Below are positions 1 to 13,370 of a stretch of 64,000 nucleotides of DNA, one piece after another. Source of the DNA: Octopus sinensis (Eukaryota); contig NC_043002.1 of NCBI RefSeq assembly GCF_006345805.1, positions 66,402,001 through 66,466,000 of the forward strand, written 5' to 3'. The position numbers and the translations under genes were made by a program. Under the pieces are notes generated by a model. It worked only from the letters and a program-made list of their open reading frames with translations. It was not told where the DNA came from and searched no databases. Positions within the stretch are counted from its first letter, which is position 1. Every line of letters starts with the position of its first letter.

Positions 1-218
1 AACATTCCTGAAAGTTTCATCCAAACCCATCCAGCGGTTCTTGAGATATCTTGTCCATGGACAAACAAACAAACACGACTGAAAACAATACCTCTGCCTT
101 CGCTAAAGTGGAGGTAATAATAATAATAAGAGCACTTAGAGAGTGCAAACCTTCACCAATGCAACACCAACGTCCTCTCAACAATTAACTGGAGGTGATT
201 TTTAAGGTGGAGGTAATA
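1..218. mobile_element. Helentron/HINE-like non-autonomous element end followed by a short internally deleted derivative
   Basis: (ACAA)n tract, then a subterminal hairpin tacctctgcc..gtggaggta (89-116). The terminal motif gtggaggtaataa recurs near 205-218. Confidence 0.4.
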
Positions 219-269
219 AAAAAATAGAACTAGAAAACAAAGTTTGCATGTAGAAATTGTTCCAAATCA

Positions 270-462
270 CTTGACGCTTTTACCAAATTTCTGTTTAAAT
301 TTATTACCTTTATTTCAATTAATTTTGAAAACAATGATGAAATTTAGTAAAATAATTTGGTCATTATAAAGTTGGCAACTGGAACATTAACTGACATGGA
401 ATTTAGAAGGAAGCCCTTTAAAACAGGGGCAGTCTCAGGTTAGTTGGTATTAAAAGGGCTAA
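270..462. mobile_element. TTAA-flanked MITE family F (piggyBac-like ends). Other copies near 3000-3110, 3855-4065, 8787-8990, 15715-15850, 25845-26065, 35150-35371, 37838-38030, 43185-43410
   Basis: Shared internal motif (ttcaattaattttgaaaa..gaatttagtaaaataa..ggaaggttttaatttagatcactttaaaacagg). Ends resemble ttaaccctt...aagggttaa. Confidence 0.6.
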
Positions 463-770
463 GCTTATAAAGAATTTTAATACCAGTAACAAGAAGGTAA
501 CAAAGCAGGGGAGTCATTACATTATCGGTCAAAAATGCATTGCAGCCAATCCTTTAGCTTCTTGGTTCAAATCCAGCTGAGGTCAACTTTGCCATTCATC
601 CTTCCGAGGTTGATGAAAATAAAGAACTACTTTAGACCTGGGGGGATGATTAAATCAAATATATTCTTACCCGACAAAATATGCTGCCTTGTTTCAATGA
701 ATCAATGTTAAGAAACTGACATCAGTAACCAGATTAATGGCGAATTCTGTTAAACAGCTTCATGCTGTAA

Positions 771-1190
771 TCATCATCAACATCATCGTTGTTTTAACGT
801 CCAGTTTCCCATGCTTGTATGGGTCGGACAGAATTTGCTGCAGTGGATTTTCTATGACCAGATGCCCTTCTTGTTGGCAAACTCCACCTGTTTCCAAGCA
901 AGATGATATTTACCCATAACCAGACATGTTTTCATGGAAGATTGGAAATGAGGGACACTATTTGCCTGACAGTGACACCTATTTATAACTATTATGCAAT
1001 GTCAAGGCAAGGAGACAGTAACACACACACACAGAGGAAGGGGGCTGTTACACCGTTTCCATCAACCAAATCTACTCACAAGGCTTTGGACAGCCTAGGA
1101 CTATAGTACTAGACACTTGCCCAAGGTGTACAGTAGTAGGACTGAACCTGAAACTATGTGGTAATGAAGCTATCTTCTTACACACAGCCA
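771..1190 (-). mobile_element. tRNA/CORE-like-head SINE with a (GAT)n-ending RTE-like tail (family E)
   Basis: Head segment (gacacttgcccaagg..ctgaacc..cacacagcc) matches family A. The tail ends in ..gacgttaaaac(gat)n in element orientation. Confidence 0.7.
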
Positions 1191-1693
1191 AGCTAGAAAT
1201 AAACTCCTAATATAAATAAATGAAAAACTAAATTTACTTACTGAGAAGGTGGGGAGGAAGTGTATAGCTCTTTAACAAAGGATGTCACAAACTTTGGGAA
1301 ACAATTTATAGAGAAAATGCTCAAGTCAGATGTCTTTTGATACATTTAATGGTTTCTTTATAAGACTCCATTCTCTAAATATAGAAACTATCTAAATTGA
1401 ATATTGTATAGGTATAGAGTTTCAAATAATACCAATAGGTTACCTAAGCCAGTTAATGAAATCTCACAGAAAATGTCCAAAAGCATTGAAAGGAAATCGT
1501 ATTTGAAAGTGTACAGATCACTAGAGAAACTGAAAGATTACTAATGTATTTTGGGTTCATTTATAATAAGATATTTACATATTGCAAGACTTGTGATATG
1601 CAAGGTTTGCAAACACCTGCAGAATTCAAAAGAGTTAAGCAACATAAAAAAAAAAAGATCTTTCAGTTTAACACCATTTCACTTAAATATATC

Positions 1694-2297
1694 ATGGTTG
1701 TGTGGTTAAGAGCAGGGCTGTGGAGTCGAAACAAAAACCTTTGACTCCGACTCCTCTACTATTGGCACCTCTGACTCCGACTCCTCTTTCTGTAATTAAG
1801 TGATTGTGGTCTATATATCTCATAAAACATATGCTTGTACTTTGAGTAGGCCTATATGTTATAACTGGTTTATATTAAAGAATAAAGACATTGCGGGTTG
1901 GAGTCGGTATAGTTTTACCGACTCCGACTCCAGCTACCCCTTAATTGTTTCCAACTCCGACTCCACAGCCCTGGTTAAGAGATTCGATTCCCAACCACAT
2001 GGTTCCAAGTTCAGTTCCACTGTGAGGTACATTGGCCTTGGGCTGACTGAAACCATGGGAGTTTGTGTGCATGGGGGGGGGGGATCTTGGCACTGTGCAG
2101 TAAACAAATGTCACCCTCTTACAAGTGATGTTCTTTGTTTCCTGTCTTTGGTGAAAACATGTCTAGCCATGGAAAAATTGCACCTTACTTGGAAACAGGT
2201 GAAGGTTGATAACAGGAAGGACATCCCAAAAGAATTCCATCTAACCCATGAAAGCATGGATAAGTGGACATTAAAACAACGATGATGATGATGATGA
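1694..2297 (+). mobile_element. Family E SINE whose head is interrupted by a hAT MITE
   Basis: Head resumes after the MITE (cccaaccacatggttcc..). The tail ends ..ggacattaaaacaacgatgatgatgatg. Confidence 0.65.
1713..1973. mobile_element. hAT-type MITE, 261 bp
   Basis: Perfect 16-bp TIRs CAGGGCTGTGGAGTCG / CGACTCCACAGCCCTG. Perfect 8-bp TSD GTTAAGAG at 1705-1712 and 1974-1981. Internal GACTCC repeats. Confidence 0.9.
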
Positions 2298-4120
2298 GGA
2301 GGAGGAGGTGGAGGATTATATCAGTTTATCAATAAAACTAAGGAAATATCTATTACTGAAACCGATATGAAGTAAAAGAATCTAGTTCTTGTTTATCTAA
2401 TGAGTATCCAAAGCAATCCCTTCCTCCTCTTTTACTCCTTCCAAAACACTTCTACATATACATATATTCACACACACACATACGTGTATGTATATATCAT
2501 CATCACTATATATATATATATATATATATGAGAAAGCTATCATGTTCTATAACCTACTTAATTCAATATACAAGAAACAAATTGTGTTATTAATTGACTG
2601 AAATTTCCTGTGTGAGAAATTTTATAAGTACACAAGCAATAACACGCAAGTTTACATTAGTTTCATTTCCTACATGTTTATAATGCATTCACATAAATAC
2701 ACTGCCCAAACAAAACCAAAAAATCTATATTTTGCTTTTGTGCTTGTATGTTTACAAGGTAATCAAATAAATAAAGTAAAAACTAGAAAAAAAAAAGCAA
2801 CAAACAAAACAGAACAAAACTGTGTCGGTTATTTTTCTTTATCCAATAAGACGAAACAATTTAGCATGAAACAATGGGGAAAGTAATATTTTGCGACTCA
2901 TAAAACAAAATTCACTTACAGAGAGCCATGGTGACTACATTAAGCACGTATGAGAGCAAATATCTCAGAAAAACTTACAACTCTGCTACACTATTAACCC
3001 TTTAATATTAACTTGCCTGAGGCAGCCCTTCCCTGGGTTTGTGATTCAAACTTCCTGTTTTTAAGGGATCTAAATTAAAACATTTCACATTAATTTATAT
3101 TCAAAACACCCAGTAGAATCTTAGTGGTTTGGCAAAAAATGGTGATAGAATAAGTATCAAACAAATAAACAGACACTGGGGCCAATTTGTTTGACTAAAG
3201 CTTTTCAAACCAATACCTCAGTATGGCTGCAATCCAATGACTAAAGCAAGTAAAAATGGAAGATAAAAAGAAATATGGAAACAAAACTGTTAAACTATTT
3301 TATGTAAACAACCAAGATAGTATCTGGTGTTCTAGTCAGAAAATTAAAAAAAAAGAAAATTAAATTAAAAAATTAAAAGAAACACACTAATTGCTCCAGA
3401 AGCTATTACTTTATCTTTTCGTTATTTAGTTGAATTAGTATAAAAATACAAATAATGGAAATTTAACATCATTGTTAACTGTGATGTTGTGGAGATCGCT
3501 TTGTCTAACACATATGAATACAAACAAACCCATTTATGAAGGTAGACAGGATTTTAAGAGACAAACAAGCTTTACAGAATTACCCAAGGACTTATGTCAT
3601 TGTGAAAAAAAAAAACTAAACAAAAAAAAACCTATGCAAACAAGTGTTATTGTTTTACATTAAGTAGACACTTCTAAGACTTAAGAGGTACAACTGAGTG
3701 AGTCTAGTACAATATGTTTAGTTAATATTTAGCACTAACAGCAACAATGGTGGGTGAAATCAGATGTTTAGTATGCAGGACCTAATAGACAATACATCCT
3801 TTGTAATGACAGAAAAAGAAGTGTAGATTACTTGGAAATATAATAAGTAAGGAATAAACCATTTTGCTATCACATTTCTGTTGAAATATATGCCTTTGTT
3901 TCAAATGATTTTGAGAATAACGAAGAATATAGTAAATATAGTAAAGTGTATGTAACATAAACTGACACAAAATTTTTATGGAAGGTTTTAATTGAGATCA
4001 CTTTAAAATGGAGTGTTTGTATCATAAAACCAGGAGTGGTTTCAGATGGGCTGAAATTAAAAGAGTTAAGGAATGTCGTGGGGTGATGCAAAGGAGAAAG
4101 AAATAGTCATTGTAATATAT

Positions 4121-4333
4121 CTTTTCTACTCTAGGCACAAGGCCTGAAATTTTGGGGGAGGGAGCCAGTCGATTAGATTGACCCCAGTACACAACTGGTA
4201 TTTAATTTACGAACCCCGAAAGGATGAAAGGCAAAGTTGACCTTGGTGGAATTTGAACTCAGAAAGTAAAGACAGACGAAATACTGCTAAGCATTTCGCC
4301 CGGTGTGCTAACGTTTCTGCCAGCCCGCAGCCT
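4121..4333 (-). mobile_element. tRNA-derived SINE family B, near full length
   Basis: Reverse complement of ggc..gctggcagaaacgttagcac..gagttcaaattc..ctttgcctttcatcctttcggg..ccttgtgcctagagtagaaaag. Confidence 0.85.
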
Positions 4334-7300
4334 TGTAATCATTGTAATAATGACAAAAAAATACAGTCAAGAAAATACGATTTGAACAGAGACCAACAAA
4401 TATTTGTGATTGTATGCTTGTCTCTCTTGCCTATGTCTTTTATTACAGAGTAAATGCAATGCACCATTCTAGATGATGATATACCTGTTGGGCCTAGTAA
4501 AGGATCAATAATTTCTCATTTATTTCTCTATTATTACTGTAACTTTAGCCAAGTTAATGTGGCAGCGTGTAGGTCACTATAGAGTCAATTACCCAAGGAG
4601 TGTGTGCAGTAACTGAAGCATTTAGTAGTTATTTGATCCTGAAGAGGTGAGGTGTTAGTAATTCAGTACCATGTGTAAAATTAGCAGATAAATACACAAG
4701 CTCTAACGTAACAGAAGGGACATAATTGTTGGAGAGGAGTAAGGCAATATAATGATAGGAAATTTATAAGAAACACATGGAAACATTAAAAAAAGATTAG
4801 GTAATTCCTGAGACTTTAATTGGTAGATACACAAACAGCTTCATTGCTGTCTTGGCAACTTTGCTTTCTGGTGAAAGGTACCATTGGTGCATAATATAGG
4901 AAAACAACTCACAAGGGTGTCTGATTTTTATAGAACACACTGTAGCAAATGGTGACAGTAGATAGAGATTGAAAGCATAGCAGAAAGTCATCATCTTTTG
5001 TATTTATTAGGTTAATGTGTTTACTGTTATGGAATTTGGTTGCTGATTGAATTGGATATTAAAAGAGAGAGAGAATGAGTGAGTGAGTGCTGAATTTGTT
5101 GACAAGCAACTAAGATACTTAGTGCTTATTCACGATATCTGGAATGCCATAAATACCAGCCAATGTCAGAGTGGGAGATTTGCTGCACTTATTGATAGTA
5201 GACAGTGATAGGTGCTGGAGATTTGTTGCGTAAGTGAATGATGAAGTTGGAGGTAAATGCATTACATTTTGCAGCAAAAGGAGTGCTGCAGACGGAAAAC
5301 ATTGGAATAAGTGAGCTGAGTGTAGGAAGATTTCCATAAAGTTGGCAAAAGACCAGAAGAATGTAAGGTTGAAATTGTGGGAGGAGAAACAGCTGATGAC
5401 TAGCGTGGGGTGTATCTTCCAGTTTTCTTGCGGTTTATATAAGTGTTTATGGCAGTTTTTATCAGTAAACCTTTTCTGTCTGTTAAATGCACACTTTTTG
5501 GTAAGCCGTCTGAAAAAAGTTGCTCCATCTGTAGTGTTTTCAGGTGCAAAAGATAAAAGGAAAAATATCAATAAAAAGAATTTGTTTATAAGTTTGGCTG
5601 TCTGCCTGAGGTCAGGTGTGAAACTTTTTTTTTTCTGCTCTGGATAATAATTATAAGAGTGGTTGATTAAATGACAAAAATGTACAAAAGCCATAGGTAT
5701 GATAGTAAATCTTATTGTTACTATTGTAGCAGAGTAATTTAAACTATGTAAATGCTTAAGAAGATATTAATCAATCTAGAAAGTAGTCTTTAAAGCATAG
5801 TAATTCATGTGGAATCATCAACAGAAGTTTATTAGCCCATATAAATACAGTTCAGCGAAAATAAAATCTTAAGCAATTAACAAGTTTTTAACCTGGATTC
5901 CACTCTACTGCCTGAGCTTAGAAATCATCATCATCATCACTTTAACACTCACTTTTCCACATTGGCTCAGAGAGTTTGTTGATGTAGATTTTCTACAGCC
6001 ATATAGATGCCCTTCTTGTCACCATCCCTCACCTAATTCCAAGTAAGGTGATATTTCTCTATGGCTAAACATGTTTCATGGAAACCAAGAACACTGCTAA
6101 TATGACATGATGCTCGTTTATACACACACACACACACACATACCATCATCATTTAATGTCCATCTTCCACACTAGCATGGGTAGGACGGTACCACAGGAG
6201 CCTGCACCAAACTTCTGTGACTGTTTAGGCAGGATCTTTTACAGCTGGATGCCCTTCCTAACCCCAACCACTCAGCAGAATGGGCTTAGTGCTTTTTACA
6301 TGGTACAAGCATAGGCAAGGTGCCACAATATGAATATTTGATAGGCTTGTTTCAGTTTCCCTCTGCCAAATCCACCCACAAATCTACTAAATCCACTTCA
6401 TCATGCTCTGAGTTCAAATACTGCTTAAGTCGACACTACCTTTCCTCCTTCAAAGGTCAATAAAATAAGTATTTTTCAAATACTTGAATTGATCTAATCA
6501 ACTGCACCATCCTGCAATATTTCCAACCTAATGCCAAAAATCTATATTACCACTTTAATTATTCCACAAATAATTCTAAAAAGCAAATACTCGATCTCAT
6601 CTCAAAACTTCTTTGACATTAATAAGAAAAAACATTGAGCCACACTATTTGTATTACAAATAACAGTTATATGCAGTATTTCTCTGTAGCATTGTACTCG
6701 ATCTAGTGTCAGTACTAATCTGAAAGACTCACAGAAACCCTGCAAACATGCAAGGGATATTTAATGAGAAAAATGATAAAGATGCCTTCTATATCTTGCT
6801 GGCCATTCTTCCAGTATACCTATGTATGATGAGTTTAACACAAAATGACCCACCACACACTATAATCATCAAACAGAATGTAAGAGGCCAAATTCGAAGG
6901 TAAAGTGATCCAAGATGATTGGTAAACTCTGGCCTAACGCTGACAATTTTATGGTGCTGCCCACTGTTTAGTGAGAGTCATTCTTATTATGTTGCTGGAT
7001 GGACATGGCCAGCTAGCTTAGCTGGTCGTCCACTACCCTATCCATTCTTCTATCTGCACTCTAATTAAGTTTATCTTGACTTAATTGCAGACTCATTAGC
7101 TTATATGAGACACTAGACAAACTATTAGCTGATTAATGATAATAAATAAGTTTTATAACTTCCCTAAAACAATAGTCTGTAAATAATCATTTAATAGGTC
7201 ATTGCATAGAAACAGGTCTCTCCTTAAAACCAAAAAAAAAAAAAAGTTTACTAAAATGCTAAATACTAACAAAGATATCTTTAAGATAGAGCATTCATAT

Positions 7301-10300
7301 TACAAAATGTGCTGCAAATTAAGGTTGGCGTAGACCATTCCCTTTTATATTACTTTTGACATATTTTTCTACTAATAGTTATGAATCACAAGCTAAGATT
7401 TGGCACACATTTGGTAGCATTGCTCTTTATTATTACATAAAATACGCAAAAATAATGCTGACATTTTGGCAATATTGCAGAGCAAATTAAAATGTGTTTT
7501 TTGCAGATTAGATGAAACTCAGTGAAAAATGAATGAGTAAATACCAAGTAATTTCTGAGGATTTAAAAAACAGACTTGCATTTTTTAACTAGGTTTGTTT
7601 ATGGAAACCAGTCTGCAAATTCTTCAGGGAGACCCTAGACTACAAAGTTCAAATTCATCCTCACAGAATTTGGTATGGTCTCCATTTGATCTGTGTGCCC
7701 AGCTACCATTGCTTATAGACAATAATATAAGTTACTGATCACTTTCACCAGCATTCTTATCTCAACACAAATCTCCTTATCATTTTGATGTACACTTTTT
7801 TATACATGCATGAATCAGATGAAAATTCCTGTCACTAACCCTCATCTGTTTCCAAAGAAAGTAATATTTTCTTAAGTCTTTTGAAACATGGAGATCTCAC
7901 TGGCCAGATAGCTGTGGACTTGCCAATGCCTTGAGTGAATTGGTTGATGGAAACTGTAAGAAGCCTATTGTGTGTGTATATGGGAGGGTAGTTTGTGTTT
8001 TACCTTTTGACATTTGTACACTGATTGACAACAAGCATTATTCATACAAAAATTGAATAGTGAGAGAGGGGGTCCAAGTGTCACACACTGACACAGAAAT
8101 TCATTTTGGCATTTATTATTATAGATATATAAAGACTATATATATGAATGAGTATATCATATAGAGACTATATGTATGAATGTACATACATACACAAACA
8201 CAAAGGGCTGTGTTTGTGTGAATACAACTGATGTTGCTCATTTCATGTCTTCCATGGAAAGCATATCTGGCCATGGAGAATATCACCTTGCTGGGAAATG
8301 TGGGGTTGATGATAGGAAGGGTATGAGGCTCTTTTTATCACCAATCCCCACATTTCCCTCAAAAAATTCTGCATGATCCATGCAAGAATAGAAAAGAGGA
8401 TGTTAAATGATGTATATATAAACATACATAGATACAGTGGTCTAAGAAATTGAGATAGTTAATGAGCCAAACATCGGTAACCGAATGCTGGGGAAAACAC
8501 TTTTTCTGATGAGAAAGTAATAGGAATTGAGTGACCCAAGAAGATACTAATGATTCTACCTGAATGTTAAATCCATTCACACAAAAGGAGTAATCTGACG
8601 GCTCCCTGCACCAATTATATTGGCTACACCTATTTGGCAGCAAACAGTTAAGAATATAATGTATCAAAGATAGTCTTTAGTTTCTTAGAAACTACTTAGC
8701 CAGATGTGGTCCAAAATACAACTTCTACATAATATTTTTCTTTGGAAGAAATTTAATACATAAGTTGCTTTTTTAATTTTTTTTACCAACCCTTTTGATA
8801 CAAACCTGTTAGAGACTGCCTCAGGTTCACTAATACAAACCCATTGTTTTAAAGTAATTTAAGTTTAAAATTTGCATCAAAATTTAATGCTAATTTTTGT
8901 TCCAAACACTAGCTTTATAATACAGAAGTCATTTTACTGAATTCTTCATCATTTTCAAAATTAGCTGATGGAAAGGTAGTATATTTCAATGAAGAGACAG
9001 TAACGGCTCGTACAGCAAATTACTCATACAATAGTGTACTCATATTACGAGATTCTACTGTATTTTATTGATTGTTTTCCTTTTCTTAAATCAACTAAAT
9101 CAATTTCATAAGAATAATAAATCCAAATAGCCATTTCGTTTTCCCCACAGAGTTAAGTTATAAAGCAAATATTGCGGAGGTGGGTTTGAGTAGTATGTAT
9201 GTATGTATGCATACATGCATATATATGTTTTTATACAGCTTGTCAACCAAATTCAATCGCAAAGCTTTGGTTGGCCTGGGGCTATAGTGGAAGAGACTTG
9301 CTCTTGGTGCCATGCAGTGGAATTGAACCTAGACTCATATAATTGCAAAGCAAACTTCTTGAGGTATATATCTGTGTTGGCTTCACAAGATAGTAAATCG
9401 TCATGCAAGCAGTGTCCTTGTGAAAACATTTCTGGTCTTGAGGAAATATTACATTACTTGGAAACAGGCGTAGGTTGATGACAGGAAAGGCATCTAGCCA
9501 TAGAAAACTGCCCCAACAAATTCTGTCCAACCCATGCAAGCATAGAAAAGTGGACATTAAAACAATGATATACACACACAAGCATGCACGCACGTGCACA
9601 CAGATACACACGCCACTTCTATGTCTCTGTTGATAGCATGGGAGCACGGGCTAGAATAGTTGTAAATACAATAAAAAGCAACACAATATTCAGTGTAAAC
9701 AGAACTACTGAGTATGCAATAAAATTATACAGCTCACTAAATTACAATGAAACAAAATCATAATATTTACAGTAGTTTCCAACACTAGGTAAATAATGTA
9801 GGTCGTACAACATTTCAGCTAATTCTAAACAGGTTCTTTTCAGTGAGTTCAGATGAACTATTTTCATCTTGGAGTCCAATAGAAAACCACTCTACTATCT
9901 TTAAGTGGGTAAGACATCTACTATGAATGTTGAGAGTAGTTGTTGTATACAAGAAAAATATCAATAGGGAGACCGAGAGAGAACTTGGAGGAAAAGAAAA
10001 CCTTATATAATAATAATAATAATAATAATCTAATGACAAATCATTTCCATAAATAGAACTTCAGTGTTTATTACTTCTGAACAGGAAAGAAACGACAGCA
10101 CGAATTCAAGAAAAAATATGCATTATTTATTTAAATAACCTATATGCCATTAATAAATTAAAATCTTTTTAAAATTTCTTTTTAATTTTGAAAAAGAGAA
10201 CATGAAAGAAGCAAGGTTAATCGTTCTTTATGACTGAAAGCCTTACCAAGAAACAGTTTTCTGTATATTGAATTAAATCAATAATACCAAAGACATCAGT

Positions 10301-10691
10301 AAAAAAAACAAAATTCTTTCTAATTTTAGTTTAAAAATGGCATCATGGATAAAAGAAATATGAGTACAAGAAGACTCAATTCTACTAAATGATTCTAGAT
10401 ATGTATCTGTTTAGGGTACTGCGATTAAAGTAACATGAAATAAAAGCAAAACAAAAAATAAATAAATAAAGGGTTAAATATAAAAATTTTAAATCACATT
10501 TGATCCTAATTTATTGAATGGGTTGTTAAAAGAAGTAAGATGGATATATCTTACTAAGATAGTGGCACAGATAATCAGTCTTTAGACACTGCAATGATCA
10601 GGGTTTAGTAAATCAGGGAATGAAATGAAAAATATTTAATTTCTTTGAATCATAAGCATAGCATCATTGATAGGAAAGGAAGATAGAAACA

Positions 10692-11046
10692 TGATCATCA
10701 TTATTTTACACATTTATTTTCCATGTTTGCATGGGTTGGATGGAGTTTGCTGAGACAAAATTTTCTATGAACAGATGCCAACCCCATCACCAACCCTCAC
10801 CTGTTTCTCAGCAAGATAATATTGCCAGACATATTTCCACAAGAGACAGAAGACCAATGACACCGATTGTATGACTGGTGCTGCTCACTTGCAACAACCA
10901 TGCGATGTCAAGTCGCACACACAATGGGCTTCTTTCAGTTTCCATCTACAAATCTACTCACAAGGCCCAGAGCTTTAGCAGAAGATACTAGTTCAAGGTA
11001 CCATACATGTGGTTGAGAAGAAAACTTCTTAACCACACAGCCATAC
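10692..11046 (-). mobile_element. Family E SINE
   Basis: Same head-plus-tail layout as 771-1190. Confidence 0.65.
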
Positions 11047-12039
11047 TTATGTGTATAATATAAAAATTGATTATCAAAGAACACAAAACTGAAGATAACA
11101 TTAGCACTTAAAAAAGTGGAAAAGAAATCACTTTTGTGATATTTTTAAAATACCACAAAATTTATTCTCACATCAAAATTTCCAATAGAAATTACAAAAA
11201 AAAAAAAAAATATATATCTTGCTGCTGCTTTTGCCATAGAAATTATTTGGAGAAAAGATGGCTATATGTCAAAATCCTAGAAATGTCATTACTTCAGTTA
11301 AGAAGGCTGGTCTTTAAGATAGCATGTGAACTGCAGGTTTGACATTCTAGGTGAAAAAGTATATAAGGCAACTAATTACAACTACTACTAGTAGACCTAG
11401 ATTTCAAAAAGAGCTGAAACCTGGAGAGAATGCAAAGCATGTAAATGACTATATTAAAGTAAAAACAATTTCTTCTTTAATTATTTATTCTTCATTTTAT
11501 TTATTTATTTTGCTCTTTTTCTCTGAGTATCAGGTTTTGGGAAACTAAATTTATGATGTGAATATGAAGTATGAACTGTAAAAAATTGAAGATGAACTAT
11601 TAATCAGTATTAATTGCAAGTTTGTTCTTTGAAGTCAAATTAAGTCAGATATTATTTTCTGATGTTGAAACAGTAAATCAATCTAACCAGAACCAAAAAC
11701 CAACAAATTAGAAGAAAGATTTAAGATTACAAGTTTAATGTAAGACTAAACACTATTTTATATTATCTAATTTTATTTAAAACCTTACCCTTAAACAAAC
11801 CACCATTTTTTAAAATATAATTCCATAATACTTATCATACCTCAGAAATCTATTGCATATTATTTCCATTTTATAGACTTTAAGTGTAGACATAATTCCC
11901 ACTGTGCTAATCCTTTTAATTTAGGATCAAATTTAATCACTTATAAAATGTTTTTAAAAAATGATTTAAAGTACTTTTAAAAATTTGTTTCAGAATTTAT
12001 GCCACCAGAGGTGGAATGCTTTTCTTGGTGGTTTAAATG

Positions 12040-12610
12040 CAAGTGTGGCTCTGGGTTAAGAAGTTTGGTTCCCAATCATATAATTCCAGGTTCAGTCCTA
12101 CTGTGTAGTACCTTGGACAAGTGTCTTCTATTAAAGCCCCAGATTAACCAAAGCCTCGTGAGTAGATTTCGTAGGTGGAAATTAAAAGATGCTAGTCATG
12201 TACGAGTGTGTGTTTATGCTGCCTTGTCTTGACATAGCATGATAGTTGTAAATGAGCATGACTGTCATATAAGCAGTGTCGTTCATTTTCAATATTGTTT
12301 TCTACTCTAGGCACAAGGCCCGAAATGTTTGGGGAGGGGGCCAGTCGATTAGATTAACCCTTAGTACTTAATTTATCAACCTCGAAAAGATAAAAGGCAA
12401 AGTTGACCTCAGCAGAATTTGAACTCAGAACGTAAAGACAGATGAAATGCCATTAAGAATTTTGCCTGGCCAGCTTGCCGCCTTATTCATCTTCAATATT
12501 CAGCAAAAACATGTCTGATCATGGGAAAATATTACCATGTCTGGAAACAAGTAAGGGTTGGTTAGAGGAAAGGGCATTCGACCATAGAAAATCTGCTTCC
12601 ATAAACTCCA
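12040..12610 (+). mobile_element. Family E SINE with a nested family B SINE (12297-12485, minus strand)
   Basis: The nested copy is flanked by a 15-bp duplication, ttcat(t/c)ttcaatatt, at 12282-12296 and 12486-12500. Confidence 0.75.
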
Positions 12611-13370
12611 TTTAAAAAAGAAAAACGATAAGTTTTATTCTTTATTCTTATGTTAAGAAAGGCTTGGAAGTAAGTATAGTAAATACTTGCTTTAACAATA
12701 TGATTGAAAAAGGAGAGATATTTATTGTCTGCTATCAGTAACTGAGACAGGATGAGAATAAAAAGAAAAACAGGAAAATAAAGTTTAATGTTGAGAATTG
12801 TGTAAATTGATTATTGAACAAGCTATTTATAATAGTAATTAGATAACCTTGAGTATAAAACAGACAGAGATTATACAATTAGAGAATATGCATTCCAATT
12901 GAATTAAAATTAATTCTGAAACAGCATATTCTCTGTGTATGGGAAATAAATACAAAAGTTCTTTACAAATAAGAACAAATATGTCCTATATGTTGGTGAA
13001 AGGAGTTACTAATTAAATATAGTTTTTATTGAATGCTGATAGCAAGCTAATGACAAACTTGCATTCAACTTATTGTAACATGAATTACACATCCAAATTG
13101 TAGGATTCTAATTAGAATTTTGAAAGAGAAAAAAAAAAAAAAAACTAATAAAATCATTATAATTTGACTGCTACAAATTGCAAAGCAAAATAACATTGAA
13201 TGCGCTCTTTTTCTAAACAAAAACAAAGAATGAAGTATTGAAAGTACATACATTGACATTAACACACAATTATTGTAATCTGTTCAACCCCTCAGAAACA
13301 ATTCCAGCACTTGTTAATATAGAAATCCACAAAAACTGTCTAATAATAATAATAATAATGATGATGATAA

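Noticed and set aside
5119-5694. Longest ORF in the track (191 aa, minus strand)
   Set aside because: No recognisable domain, and its N-terminal part is translated AT-rich low-complexity sequence. It is not alpha-actinin sequence.
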